A DNA stretch of 64,000 nt from a virus. Taxonomy: Duplodnaviria; Caudoviricetes. Below are positions 9,078 through 17,800 of the stretch, piece by piece (the stretch's first letter is position 1; every line of letters starts with the position of its first letter). The notes below the pieces were generated by a model. It had not been told where the DNA came from. It ran no database searches and saw only the letters and a program-made list of their open reading frames with translations. A program made the position numbers and the translations under genes. The stretch is taken from positions 1 to 64,000 of IMG/VR virus record IMGVR_UViG_3300037440_000558; one strand, given 5' to 3'.

Positions 9078-9148
9078 CCTGTGGAATCGCTGCTGTGGGC
9101 CAACACGGCGCTCGGTGCCGGGTTGGCGTTCTGGATCTGGAGGACCGG

Positions 9149-9505
9149 ATGAACGACAAGGCCGACCAGGAGAAGAACACCCCACCCGACCCGCTCAACC
9201 CCGACCAACGTGCCCGAGTGGTCGCCGCCCAAGCAGCCAGGGAGTTGCTGTCCGCCCGGGGGCCGATGTTAGTCGCTCAGGCCGACCCTGAGCAGGTGAT
9301 CCAGCTTGCCCAGTGGATCCTCGACGGCGGTGCGGAGCTCGCCGAGAGGCCGGCCTTCCTGGACCCCGACGACCAACAATCCCAGATCCATAGCCTGGCT
9401 GCGGTGTTGCGGCGGATCGGCTACGACGACCGCCCACCGGTGGCAGTGGCGATCGACCTGTATGCGCAAGGTGCCCGTGTCCCCCAGCTCGGCGGGGGCA
9501 ACTGA
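9149..9505 (+). CDS. hypothetical protein
   Basis: SD GGAGG before ATG 9149. Confidence 0.55.
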   Translation: MNDKADQEKNTPPDPLNPDQRARVVAAQAARELLSARGPMLVAQADPEQVIQLAQWILDGGAELAERPAFLDPDDQQSQIHSLAAVLRRIGYDDRPPVAVAIDLYAQGARVPQLGGGN

Positions 9506-9918
9506 TGCGCACATATGCAGTCGACTTCGACGGCGTCATCCACCGCTACTCCAAGGGATGGCACGACGGCACCTGCTACGACCCGCCCATCAGCGGCGCG
9601 TTCGACCGGCTAGCCCGGCTGATGGAGTACGGCGCCGTGTGCATCTACACCACCCGTGACTTGCTGCAGGTCGGGACCTGGCTCGACCTGAACGGCAGAC
9701 TGTTCGACTGGGTCACCGACACCGAACTGCCCAGCTGGTCCGCCCCCGGCCTCACCCCACCCGAATGGGACGGCCAGTTCTGGAACCGCCAAGACATGCT
9801 GCTCATCACCAACCGGAAACTACCCGCGGTCGCCTACATCGACGACCGGGCCGTTCGGTTCCACAACTGGAACCAAGCGTGGATAGAACTGGAGATCCGG
9901 GGGTACCTCCGTGTCTAA
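9505..9918 (+). CDS. HAD-superfamily hydrolase (phage phosphatase-like)
   Basis: Motif I AVDFDGVIH, motif II YTTR, motif IV YIDDRA. Confidence 0.85.
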   Translation: MRTYAVDFDGVIHRYSKGWHDGTCYDPPISGAFDRLARLMEYGAVCIYTTRDLLQVGTWLDLNGRLFDWVTDTELPSWSAPGLTPPEWDGQFWNRQDMLLITNRKLPAVAYIDDRAVRFHNWNQAWIELEIRGYLRV

Positions 9919-10026
9919 AGTTGCCCATTCGGTAACCGCTAGACGTTGGTGGCGGGTGTACTGGCTGGCGGTTGTCGTCTTCGCGGTGTATGTTGCCTTC
10001 TTCACGGACTGGCGTGGCTGCACATA

Positions 10027-10479
10027 ATGTCTGACCGTCCCAATTGCACCCTGTTCCTGAACCCCCTCGACTACGACACGATCGCCGGCCGTGCCGCCAC
10101 CGACTACCCGAACGAATCCTGCGGGGTCATCCTCGGTCGGGTGACCGGTGACCGGTACTACGCAACACGCACCCTCCCGGTTCCCAACGTCCACCCCAAC
10201 CCCACCCACTTCTATACCATGGACCCTCCCACCCAGCTTGAGGTGTACCAACTCGCCGACCAGCTCCAACTGCACCCGCTGTGTGTCTGGCACACCCACA
10301 CCACCGCATCATCTACCACCTACCCCTCGGCCGCCGACATCGACAACGCACATGACCCCCGTGTGCTGCAGTTGATCCTGCGCATACAGGATGGTACCCT
10401 GACCGGACAGGACCTGTGGCAAGTTAACCGCCACGCCGACCCGCCTGTGACCCCGGCCCGATTGGAGCTTCTCCCATGA
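10027..10479 (+). CDS. JAB/MPN (Mov34, M67/Mec-like) metallopeptidase
   Basis: ESCGVILG and WHTH-x9-SAAD JAMM motif. Confidence 0.85.
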   Translation: MSDRPNCTLFLNPLDYDTIAGRAATDYPNESCGVILGRVTGDRYYATRTLPVPNVHPNPTHFYTMDPPTQLEVYQLADQLQLHPLCVWHTHTTASSTTYPSAADIDNAHDPRVLQLILRIQDGTLTGQDLWQVNRHADPPVTPARLELLP

Positions 10480-10856
10480 ACGGACCCCGCGTGTTCGGTC
10501 GTGAACCGGCCCTGTGGACCCAACTCGCAGCCGCCGCTCTCGGTGTCCTGGTCGGATTCGGTATGCCCGGGCTGACCGACCACCAAGCCGCCGCAGGTAT
10601 CGCCGTCATCAACACCGGGTTCGGCGTGTGGATGGCCATCCGGGTCCGCCCGGTCGTCCCCGCGGTGTTCACTACCTTCGTCGCAGCCACGTTCGCGCTG
10701 TTGGCCGCCTACGGACTTGACGCCACCCAACAGAGCATCGCCGCAGTCAACATCCTGGTCCTGTCCGCGTTGGCGTTCATCGCTCGCGGGCAGGTCTCAC
10801 CCGACCAGGACATCGACCCCGCGGTACTCGGCCGGGCGGAACGTACCCACCTGTGA
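10476..10856 (+). CDS. holin-like membrane protein
   Basis: VFGREPALW N-terminus typical of actinophage holins; about 4 hydrophobic helices. Confidence 0.6.
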   Translation: MNGPRVFGREPALWTQLAAAALGVLVGFGMPGLTDHQAAAGIAVINTGFGVWMAIRVRPVVPAVFTTFVAATFALLAAYGLDATQQSIAAVNILVLSALAFIARGQVSPDQDIDPAVLGRAERTHL

Positions 10857-11122
10857 CCAGCGACGGCCACACCGGGATCGACCAGTCCATCAGTGGGCTG
10901 GTCAACGAGGCCATCCGTGAACTTCGACTAGCCGAGACCCGACACACCGAGAAACTGCTCCAACAAGCAACACACCAAGGCTGCGGGGTCCGGATCGACC
11001 GGTACTACTCCAAGACAACAGCAGTGGTCGACCCGACCATCCCAGCTGGCGAACTGCACCAACACGACCATTCGGCTGCCGACGGGTACCGCCGATGGGC
11101 CGACCTCATCCATCCCGAGTAG
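10853..11122 (+). CDS. hypothetical protein
   Basis: GTGA coupling. Confidence 0.45.
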   Translation: MTSDGHTGIDQSISGLVNEAIRELRLAETRHTEKLLQQATHQGCGVRIDRYYSKTTAVVDPTIPAGELHQHDHSAADGYRRWADLIHPE

Positions 11123-11147
11123 AAGAAACCCCCCAAGGAGAAAGACT

Positions 11148-11621
11148 GTGCGGTTTCCGAAAATAGCCGTCATCCGCTCCGGGTTCCCTGGCAAGGATCG
11201 CCGCCAGACGGTGGGGTTGCTGGTCGACGGCGAACTGTTCCCGTACCCGACTTTCGGCGGGTACGTCATCGCCGTGGACCGTGAGACCCTGCCCGGGGTG
11301 AACCTCACCCTCGCCGCCGACTCGGTGGAAGTCCAAGACGAGGTAGACGGAGCCCGGTTCGAGGAGCTCACCGCCGCGATGCGGGAGAAGATGGCGCCAC
11401 GGGCGTGGCTGGTGTATCACGCCTACAACGGCGAGTCGTCGATCGCGCTGGTCGGGCTCGCCGGCAACCTCGGAGCCGCCCAGAAGCTGACCGGAACCGA
11501 CCGGGCAGGCGACAACACCGCGCCAGCGCTCGAGTGGTGCCAAGAATCAGAGACCCACTGGGTAGCCCGGACCGGAGACAACGGCGCTTACTATGCCACT
11601 GAATACCCGATCCACCACTGA
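11148..11621 (+). CDS. hypothetical protein
   Basis: SD AAGGAG before GTG 11148. Confidence 0.6.
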   Translation: MRFPKIAVIRSGFPGKDRRQTVGLLVDGELFPYPTFGGYVIAVDRETLPGVNLTLAADSVEVQDEVDGARFEELTAAMREKMAPRAWLVYHAYNGESSIALVGLAGNLGAAQKLTGTDRAGDNTAPALEWCQESETHWVARTGDNGAYYATEYPIHH

Positions 11622-11666
11622 CCGCGGTGGCTGGCCCGGTGCCGGCACTAGTCAGAAGGTCAACAG

Positions 11667-12260
11667 ATGACACCGGTGATCGACATCGTAATCCCCTCCA
11701 TCCCACCCCGAGCCAAACAGCTCGAACGGGCAATCGATTCGGTTTACAGCCAAACCCTTCCTATCCGGAAGATTTGGCTCACTGTGGACCTTGCCCATCG
11801 GGGAGCCGCTGCCGCCCGCAACAACAGCCTTGACATGGCCGCCAACCACGAAACTGGCCCTCCCGATTTTGTCGCCTTCCTAGACGACGACGATTGGTGG
11901 TACCCACACCACCTCGAGACCCTCCACAAACTGCACCAAGAGACTGGCGCCGATTACCTATACTCCTGGTTCGATGGGAACCCCGCCCTGCAACGGTCGT
12001 CGTTTGCACTGAACCGCGGTAAGAAGTTCGACCCCGAGAACCCCCATCACACCACTATGACCGTCATGGTGGCCTGGTCTATCGCCGGCAGGATCCGATT
12101 CCGGACCGACCACCCCGACGGGTGGACCCTCCCACAGGAAGATTGGCGGTACATCCTGGACTGCCGCGACGCTGGGGCCACGTTCGCCGGCACCGGCGAC
12201 GTGACATGGTGGTACAGTAACCACGGAGGGAATACTTCAGGGATGGGTGACCGGTGGTAG
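11667..12260 (+). CDS. glycosyltransferase family 2
   Basis: IDIVIPS, GAAAARN, FVAFLDDDD motifs. Confidence 0.85.
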   Translation: MTPVIDIVIPSIPPRAKQLERAIDSVYSQTLPIRKIWLTVDLAHRGAAAARNNSLDMAANHETGPPDFVAFLDDDDWWYPHHLETLHKLHQETGADYLYSWFDGNPALQRSSFALNRGKKFDPENPHHTTMTVMVAWSIAGRIRFRTDHPDGWTLPQEDWRYILDCRDAGATFAGTGDVTWWYSNHGGNTSGMGDRW

Positions 12261-12445
12261 GACAGAGCACACCCGAGCAGCGGTTACAGGCGGCCGAAGA
12301 GCAGCTTAAACGGCTCGACCAGCGGCTATATGAGCTCGAATGCCGGCTTGACGGGCGGATGCGTAACGGCGAACGGGCAGGCGGCGGCATCGAAGACCGA
12401 CTGCGCCGGCTTGAGCTACAGCTGACCCGGGCGGGTGGGTCCTGA
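12254..12445 (+). CDS. small coiled-coil protein
   Basis: Heptad pattern; overlaps the GT2 stop. Confidence 0.4.
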   Translation: MVGQSTPEQRLQAAEEQLKRLDQRLYELECRLDGRMRNGERAGGGIEDRLRRLELQLTRAGGS

Positions 12446-12482
12446 ATAGACACGTACCCAGTGTGCCAGCTACACTCAGAAG

Positions 12483-13148
12483 GTGACACCTGACGAGCGC
12501 CGCGACCGAGTACGGGCGATGGTGCTTGATGGGATCAGACAGAGACAAATCGCCGTCTCACTCGGGTACCACCTCACCACCATCCGCAGCGATATCCGGA
12601 AACTCCGCGAAGAAGGCCAACTGCCCCCACCCCATGGCCGGACCACCAAATCGGTTCTGGTCCCCGACCACCCGCGGGCAACCACCAAAGCTACCCGCAG
12701 CCGCCCCGAGCGGGCATTGCAACGCGCCGAAGCATTCAAGATGGTCCTCAGTGGCGCCGGCCATGAAGCGACAGCCGAGAAGTTCGGCGTCTCCAGGCGC
12801 ACCATCACCGAATGGGTGCAAGTGGAGATCGAACAGATCATCGTACCGGCTGTGGAGGAGTTGCGTAAGTTCCAAGTCGCACGGCTCGAGTCGTATCTCA
12901 TATACCTGCAACCGAAGATACAACAGGGTGACGACAAGGCGGTCAATGCCGCGATCAGGATTTCCGAGCAGATTGCTAAATACGAGGGGTTGTACAAGCC
13001 GGTCAAGGTTGACATCACCCACCACGAGCTGGACAAAGCCGACGCGGAGCTGGCCGACATGGTCAACACCGCCAAAGCCAAGATGGCGTTAGAAGAACAA
13101 CAACTCCGCGAGCAGGCCAATGCCGACCGTCGTCACTACGGAGACTGA
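12483..13148 (+). CDS. terS: terminase small subunit (HTH)
   Basis: Two HTH-like segments; directly upstream of terL; TACACT 6 nt before GTG (leaderless). Confidence 0.75.
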   Translation: MTPDERRDRVRAMVLDGIRQRQIAVSLGYHLTTIRSDIRKLREEGQLPPPHGRTTKSVLVPDHPRATTKATRSRPERALQRAEAFKMVLSGAGHEATAEKFGVSRRTITEWVQVEIEQIIVPAVEELRKFQVARLESYLIYLQPKIQQGDDKAVNAAIRISEQIAKYEGLYKPVKVDITHHELDKADAELADMVNTAKAKMALEEQQLREQANADRRHYGD

Positions 13149-14706
13149 CCGGCAACGGATCGCCGACCCGTACCACCCAGACGTCAACAGCGAGTCGTTC
13201 GACCTGGATGAGTACCTCGCCCAATTCGACCCACGGCTGCTGAACACCCCCGAAGGCCGTAGGACCCTGACCCGGCTCGACCCGTTCCTGTTCGCGATCG
13301 TCTACATGCGTCGACACCTCCGTAACCACCGCGGGGTTTTGTCGTTCGCCGACTGCCACTTCCTGTGGGCCAAGCAAGCCCGGTTGTGGGCGTTGATCGT
13401 AGACCCCGAACCCCGCGAATACCGAGACGCCTACGTCGCACCCCGCGACACCGGGAAAACCACCTGGTGGTTCCTGGTTATCCCCATGTGGGCCGCCGCC
13501 CATGGGCACGCCAGGTTCATCGCCGCGTTCGCTGACTCCGGTGGCCAGTCCGAGCTGCACTTAGCGACCTTCAAACGGGAGCTCGGCGACAACGTTTTCC
13601 TCAGGACCGACTACCCCGAGCTGTGTGAACCCGCCCGCCGGTACACCGGTAAAACCGTCTCCGACACCCAGACTATGTACTACGCTAAATCTGGGTTTGC
13701 GATGGCCGCCAAGGGGATCGACTCCACATCCTTGGGTATGAAGATCGACGAACACCGCCCCACCCATATCGTCTTCGACGACATCGAACCCCCCGAAGGG
13801 ACTTATTCGGAGTACCAGCGGCAGAAACGGCTGTCGACCTTCCAGAACGCTATCCTGCCGCTGAACGAGCGGGCGTTTGTCACGTTGATTGGCACTGTCA
13901 CGATGCCTGGGTCGATCGTCCATGCGTTGGTCCGTCACTCGGCAGATGATCTAGATGAGGACGAACGGAAAGCTGAGCAGTGGATCGTCGATGAGAACTT
14001 CAAAGTCCACCACGCTAAGCCGATCCTGACCCGTGATGATGGGTCGGAACGGTCGATCTGGCCGGAGAAATGGGACTTGGTATACCTGGCGTTGATCAGG
14101 CATACCCGGTCGTACAAGATGAACTTCGAGAACGAACCGGTCGGCACCGACGGGTCGTATTGGACCCCCGACGACTACACCTACGGCCGGCCAGAGGGGA
14201 TCACGTTCGAGCTGCTGTCGTTGGACCCGTCGAAGTCGACGAAGAACACGGCGGACTTTGCTGGCATCAGTGTGATCGGGTACGCCCCGGCCCGGAAGGG
14301 TGTTCCGGCGCAGTGTTGTGTTGAGGAAGCGGTCGAGATCCGGAAGGTCGGCGAGGAGCTGCGGTTGTTCCTGCTGGAGATCGTCGCTCGTAGGTCTCGC
14401 ATCCGAGCGGTACTGGTGGAGATCAACGACGGTGGGGAGCATTGGCAATCGATCTTGCACAATATGGGGGTCCCGGTGGTGACGGTCACCCAGACTGAAC
14501 CGAAGGAGGTTCGGGCGGGGAACGTCCTCAACCTGTACCAGCTTGGGCAGGTGAAACATGCTCGGCGGTTGGTGAAGTTGGAACAGCAGCAGATGTCGTT
14601 CCCCCGGGCGGCGCACGACGATTTGTTAGACTCGGTTGGGTCTGGTGTTTGGCGGCTCCTGCGTCCTCGTCGCCGTGCCGGGGGGGAGACACTACACCAA
14701 CACTGA
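13120..14706 (+). CDS. terL: terminase large subunit
   Basis: Walker A APRDTGKTT, Walker B IVFDDIE, IGT coupling motif, RNase H-like LSLDPS...DFAGI and HDDLLDS. Confidence 0.95.
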   Translation: MPTVVTTETDRQRIADPYHPDVNSESFDLDEYLAQFDPRLLNTPEGRRTLTRLDPFLFAIVYMRRHLRNHRGVLSFADCHFLWAKQARLWALIVDPEPREYRDAYVAPRDTGKTTWWFLVIPMWAAAHGHARFIAAFADSGGQSELHLATFKRELGDNVFLRTDYPELCEPARRYTGKTVSDTQTMYYAKSGFAMAAKGIDSTSLGMKIDEHRPTHIVFDDIEPPEGTYSEYQRQKRLSTFQNAILPLNERAFVTLIGTVTMPGSIVHALVRHSADDLDEDERKAEQWIVDENFKVHHAKPILTRDDGSERSIWPEKWDLVYLALIRHTRSYKMNFENEPVGTDGSYWTPDDYTYGRPEGITFELLSLDPSKSTKNTADFAGISVIGYAPARKGVPAQCCVEEAVEIRKVGEELRLFLLEIVARRSRIRAVLVEINDGGEHWQSILHNMGVPVVTVTQTEPKEVRAGNVLNLYQLGQVKHARRLVKLEQQQMSFPRAAHDDLLDSVGSGVWRLLRPRRRAGGETLHQH

Positions 14707-14714
14707 CACAGAGA

Positions 14715-14743
14715 TTGTCAGAGGCGCGGGAGGGTGCTACGAT
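14715..14743 (+). promoter_or_regulatory. sigma70 promoter, leaderless
   Basis: TTGTCA-N17-TACGAT-N6-GTG(14750). Confidence 0.65.
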
Positions 14744-14749
14744 GGGTAT

Positions 14750-14956
14750 GTGGACCCTTTCTCTGCCCCCGGAGGTGCTTTCGTGTTGACCGATGTTGCC
14801 CGCGAGTTTGGGTTTGTCCCACCCGAATGCACCGAGGACCGTGGTATCCAGCATATGCGCAACTACGCCCAGATCTTCCAGATTGCCGATGTCAAGACCC
14901 TGCGATGCGCGTACAGCAAAACCCGCCGGTCTGTCGAACGGGGGATGGCGCGATGA
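14750..14956 (+). CDS. hypothetical protein (68 aa)
   Basis: Start placed by the leaderless promoter. Confidence 0.5.
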   Translation: MDPFSAPGGAFVLTDVAREFGFVPPECTEDRGIQHMRNYAQIFQIADVKTLRCAYSKTRRSVERGMAR

Positions 14957-15011
14957 TAGAGTTGGTGTGCCGGGTGTCTTGGCGGCAATGCCTCTACGTG
15001 TGACAGGAGAA

Positions 15012-15040
15012 TTGACAGGGACGCTGGGGCGTGGTACGAT
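15012..15040 (+). promoter_or_regulatory. sigma70 promoter, leaderless
   Basis: TTGACA-N17-TACGAT-N6-ATG(15047). Confidence 0.75.
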
Positions 15041-15046
15041 GGGGGT

Positions 15047-15226
15047 ATGGAACCCCCTGCCTGCCCCGGAACCCCCCACCGCGGCCACACCGACCCCGGC
15101 ATGGCCTGCCCGAACCAACCCGCAACCGGCACACACGGGCCAGGCTGCCCACCCCGCAGCGACGGCGACGGCGGCACCCGAGAGTGCACTCACTGGGACC
15201 ACGACCCCCAGCTCTGGAAGGAGTGA
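15047..15226 (+). CDS. small Cys/His-rich protein (59 aa)
   Basis: Start placed by the promoter; MEPPACPGTPH...; below the ORF-track cutoff. Confidence 0.5.
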   Translation: MEPPACPGTPHRGHTDPGMACPNQPATGTHGPGCPPRSDGDGGTRECTHWDHDPQLWKE

Positions 15227-15231
15227 CCGAA

Positions 15232-15813
15232 ATGACCTACACCCCACCCGACCCCAACGCCAACCCCCGCGACACCGGCGGTGACCTCGTCCACTTCACC
15301 CCCGACCGGTTCGGTGGCCCCCACTATCCGAAGGTCGACCACCACACCTGGGGTGAGTTCGCCTACCTGGCCGTCGAAGCAGGCGGTTACAGCGACCTCA
15401 CCGCCATCAACCCCTACACCGGCGACCGGCTCTGGGTCGGCGGGTCCGACACCCCCCACGAACTCTGCCTCGCCAGGTGCAGCATCTGCGGCAACCGCGC
15501 CCACCGAGACGACCAGGGCAGCTTGGTCCACGCCGATGCCCGCTACCAGCACACTGCCTACGACCACGCCGCAGCTGTGCCGGACCCCGACACGATCGAC
15601 TGCCCCCACAAGCATGGCGGCCGAGTCGGGATCATGTCCAACAACCAGGCCAGTCGCGACTACTTCGACGGGCTGCGGCGGCGGTTCAGCCTACCGTACG
15701 GACCACCCGACCCCTACGACGACACCGCCAGCGTCTACGAGCAGCTGCGCCGGCTCGTCGACGTCATGGAAGCCAGCCGATTCCTTGGACCCCAGGAAAG
15801 CGACACCCCATGA
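15232..15813 (+). CDS. hypothetical protein
   Basis: SD GGAAGGAG before ATG 15232. Confidence 0.65.
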   Translation: MTYTPPDPNANPRDTGGDLVHFTPDRFGGPHYPKVDHHTWGEFAYLAVEAGGYSDLTAINPYTGDRLWVGGSDTPHELCLARCSICGNRAHRDDQGSLVHADARYQHTAYDHAAAVPDPDTIDCPHKHGGRVGIMSNNQASRDYFDGLRRRFSLPYGPPDPYDDTASVYEQLRRLVDVMEASRFLGPQESDTP

Positions 15814-15896
15814 AAGCCATCGAGCAGCTGATCAGGGTCGCCGCTGCCCTGGTCGTCCTCGGCGTCCTGGTCGCCACCTTCGCCAACTACCAATGA
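15810..15896 (+). CDS. membrane peptide (28 aa)
   Basis: ATGA coupling; MKAIEQLIRVAAALVVLGVLVATFANYQ. Confidence 0.4.
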   Translation: MKAIEQLIRVAAALVVLGVLVATFANYQ

Positions 15897-15986
15897 CCAC
15901 CCTCCTCCTCCGCCGGTCCCCCGGGTTCACAGCACCCGGGGGACCGGCTCTTGCCACCCACCCCCCACCACGGGTACGCTGTACCC

Positions 15987-16130
15987 ATGGCAGGAATCTA
16001 CGTTTCCAAGAGCGGCACCGCGAAACGCGTCGCCAAGAAGATGGTCCGGCGCAAGGGCATGACCCGGAAGGCCGCCGCCGCATTCGGCCGTGTCGCGGCC
16101 CGTCGTGGTGGTGCCCGCAAACGCCGGTAG
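15987..16130 (+). CDS. basic protamine-like microprotein 1 (47 aa)
   Basis: TACGCT-N6-ATG; MAGIYVSKSGTAKRVAKKMVRRKGMTRKAAAAFGRVAARRGGARKRR. Confidence 0.7.
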   Translation: MAGIYVSKSGTAKRVAKKMVRRKGMTRKAAAAFGRVAARRGGARKRR

Positions 16131-16174
16131 CCGGCAGACATTCATGGCAGCAGTCGTGCGGTAGACTTCTCGGT

Positions 16175-16948
16175 ATGGCACGCCTAACTCGGAGTCTCCG
16201 CCGTGGCCGCAGGTGGAACCCGGCTGACCACCCGAGGAACCTCAGAAACGGCCGGTTCGTCCGTAAAGGCACTGGCGCAGCCACTGACTGGGCCGAGCAG
16301 ATCTCTGACAAGATCGGCAGCAGCAGACCCGGACCCGAACGTAGCAGCGGTGGGCCGGACGACGTCGCCATCCGCAACGCCTACGACGCCCTGGCCCGCG
16401 GCGAGGGCGCATCGATCGATGCCCCCCAGCTTGACGAACTGCTGCACGCACTGACCGACCCCCCGCCGCAGACCAGCGCCAACCTTGCCCACCTGGATGT
16501 CGGCGGTTATGGGACCATGTTCGCTACCGACAAGGCCGACGCACTCGACCGGTCCAAGATGCCACAACTCGGCACCAGCGAAGCTGAGATGCGGCCGTTC
16601 CTGGACCTGCTCCAGTCCAAAGGTGTCCAAGTCCGGATCGCCGAACTCGACCCGACCACCCTCCGCCCATCGCAGACGGAGATCTCCGGCGCCAAAACTG
16701 GGAAGATCGCCAAATCGATGGCCAAATCTGGCTGGCTCCCCGGTGGGTTGTTAGTGACCTCCGGCGACGGGTACGTGGTCGACGGACACCACCGGTGGTC
16801 TGGTGCCGCCGCAGTCCGGGCATCCGGCGTCCGCCCGGATATGACCATCACCGGGTTGGTGGTCGACGCACCGATCGACGAGGTCCTGCAACATGCGATA
16901 TCAGTGGCGTCGTTTGAGCCGCTCGAGTTCGAACGCCCAGGGAAGTGA
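16175..16948 (+). CDS. HPR-tagged protein 1 with ParB/Srx-like domain
   Basis: TAGACT-N7-ATG; RRWNPADHPRNLRNGRF tag; LRPSQ...VVDGHHRW ParB-like motif. Confidence 0.8.
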   Translation: MARLTRSLRRGRRWNPADHPRNLRNGRFVRKGTGAATDWAEQISDKIGSSRPGPERSSGGPDDVAIRNAYDALARGEGASIDAPQLDELLHALTDPPPQTSANLAHLDVGGYGTMFATDKADALDRSKMPQLGTSEAEMRPFLDLLQSKGVQVRIAELDPTTLRPSQTEISGAKTGKIAKSMAKSGWLPGGLLVTSGDGYVVDGHHRWSGAAAVRASGVRPDMTITGLVVDAPIDEVLQHAISVASFEPLEFERPGK

Positions 16949-17175
16949 TGACAATGGTGACCAACCGCAAGTTCAGCCCGCCGGCCGGGGAACCGGTCGA
17001 CCTGAGTTCGAAGCCGCCCGGGCCGCCACCGGAACCGGGGATGGTGTGGTTCGACAAGAAACACGGCTGGCGGCGGGTGGTAGTGGACGACCCGGAAGAC
17101 CGGAAGCCACTGCCGAAACCGAAGCGGTGGGATGACCGGGTGTCGGAGAAGATGGGACGACGCAGGCGGAAGTGA
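16948..17175 (+). CDS. small Pro-rich protein with C-terminal W..RVSEK.G motif
   Basis: TGATG coupling; ends KPKRWDDRVSEKMGRRRRK. Confidence 0.6.
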   Translation: MTMVTNRKFSPPAGEPVDLSSKPPGPPPEPGMVWFDKKHGWRRVVVDDPEDRKPLPKPKRWDDRVSEKMGRRRRK

Positions 17176-17241
17176 CAGTCAGACGTTACTGGGAAGGTGA
17201 TACGCTGACGTTGATCACCTGCGAATCTTCTGGAGGAGCCC

Positions 17242-17523
17242 ATGGCAACCCCCACCCTCGGCCAGGTCGTGCACTACCAACTGGGCGACACCGACGTCAA
17301 CTTGATCATCAAACGCCGGGTCGATCTGAAAGCTGCCGGCGGCGGTGTCGTCGGCAATCCGGTCTCAGCTGGCGAACCCTACCCGGCCACCGTCGTCCAG
17401 GTGTTCGGTGACGACCCGTATGTGAACTTGCAGGTCCACCTGGATGGCTACGACACCTACTGGGCCACCTCCCGGCGAGAGGGCACCGGACCTGGCACCT
17501 GGTGTTGGCCGCCTCGGGTTTGA
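17242..17523 (+). CDS. conserved actinophage hypothetical protein
   Basis: PTLGQVVHY...PATVVQV...VNLQVHLDG...W.WPPRV motif; SD GGAGGAG. Confidence 0.75.
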   Translation: MATPTLGQVVHYQLGDTDVNLIIKRRVDLKAAGGGVVGNPVSAGEPYPATVVQVFGDDPYVNLQVHLDGYDTYWATSRREGTGPGTWCWPPRV

Positions 17524-17578
17524 CACCTGCTGCGAGGCACTTAGAAATGGGGGTGGTCGGGAGTGGTCAGTTCTAGGG

Positions 17579-17761
17579 GTGGCCGCTTCGGCTTTCGTAT
17601 ATAAACACCGCCACGACGTGTACCGGGCGTTGCGGCGGAAGGGGATGACCAAGTCGAAGGCTGCCCGGATTTCTAACGCCGGCCGGACCCATGCGCAGCG
17701 TTCGCTTATGTCCCGGAAAGCGGCCCGGACGCGGAAGCTGCGGGGCCGCCGCCGTCGGTAG
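17579..17761 (+). CDS. basic microprotein 2 (60 aa)
   Basis: YRALRRKGMTKSKAARISNAG...RKAARTRKLRGRRRR. Confidence 0.7.
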   Translation: MAASAFVYKHRHDVYRALRRKGMTKSKAARISNAGRTHAQRSLMSRKAARTRKLRGRRRR

Positions 17762-17800
17762 TTCTACCGGTGATGACCACCGTGCGGTAGACTCCACGGT

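Noticed and set aside
15281-16174. 5' extension making a 555-aa ORF
   Set aside because: Overlaps three better-supported genes; the promoter and tag place the start at 16175.
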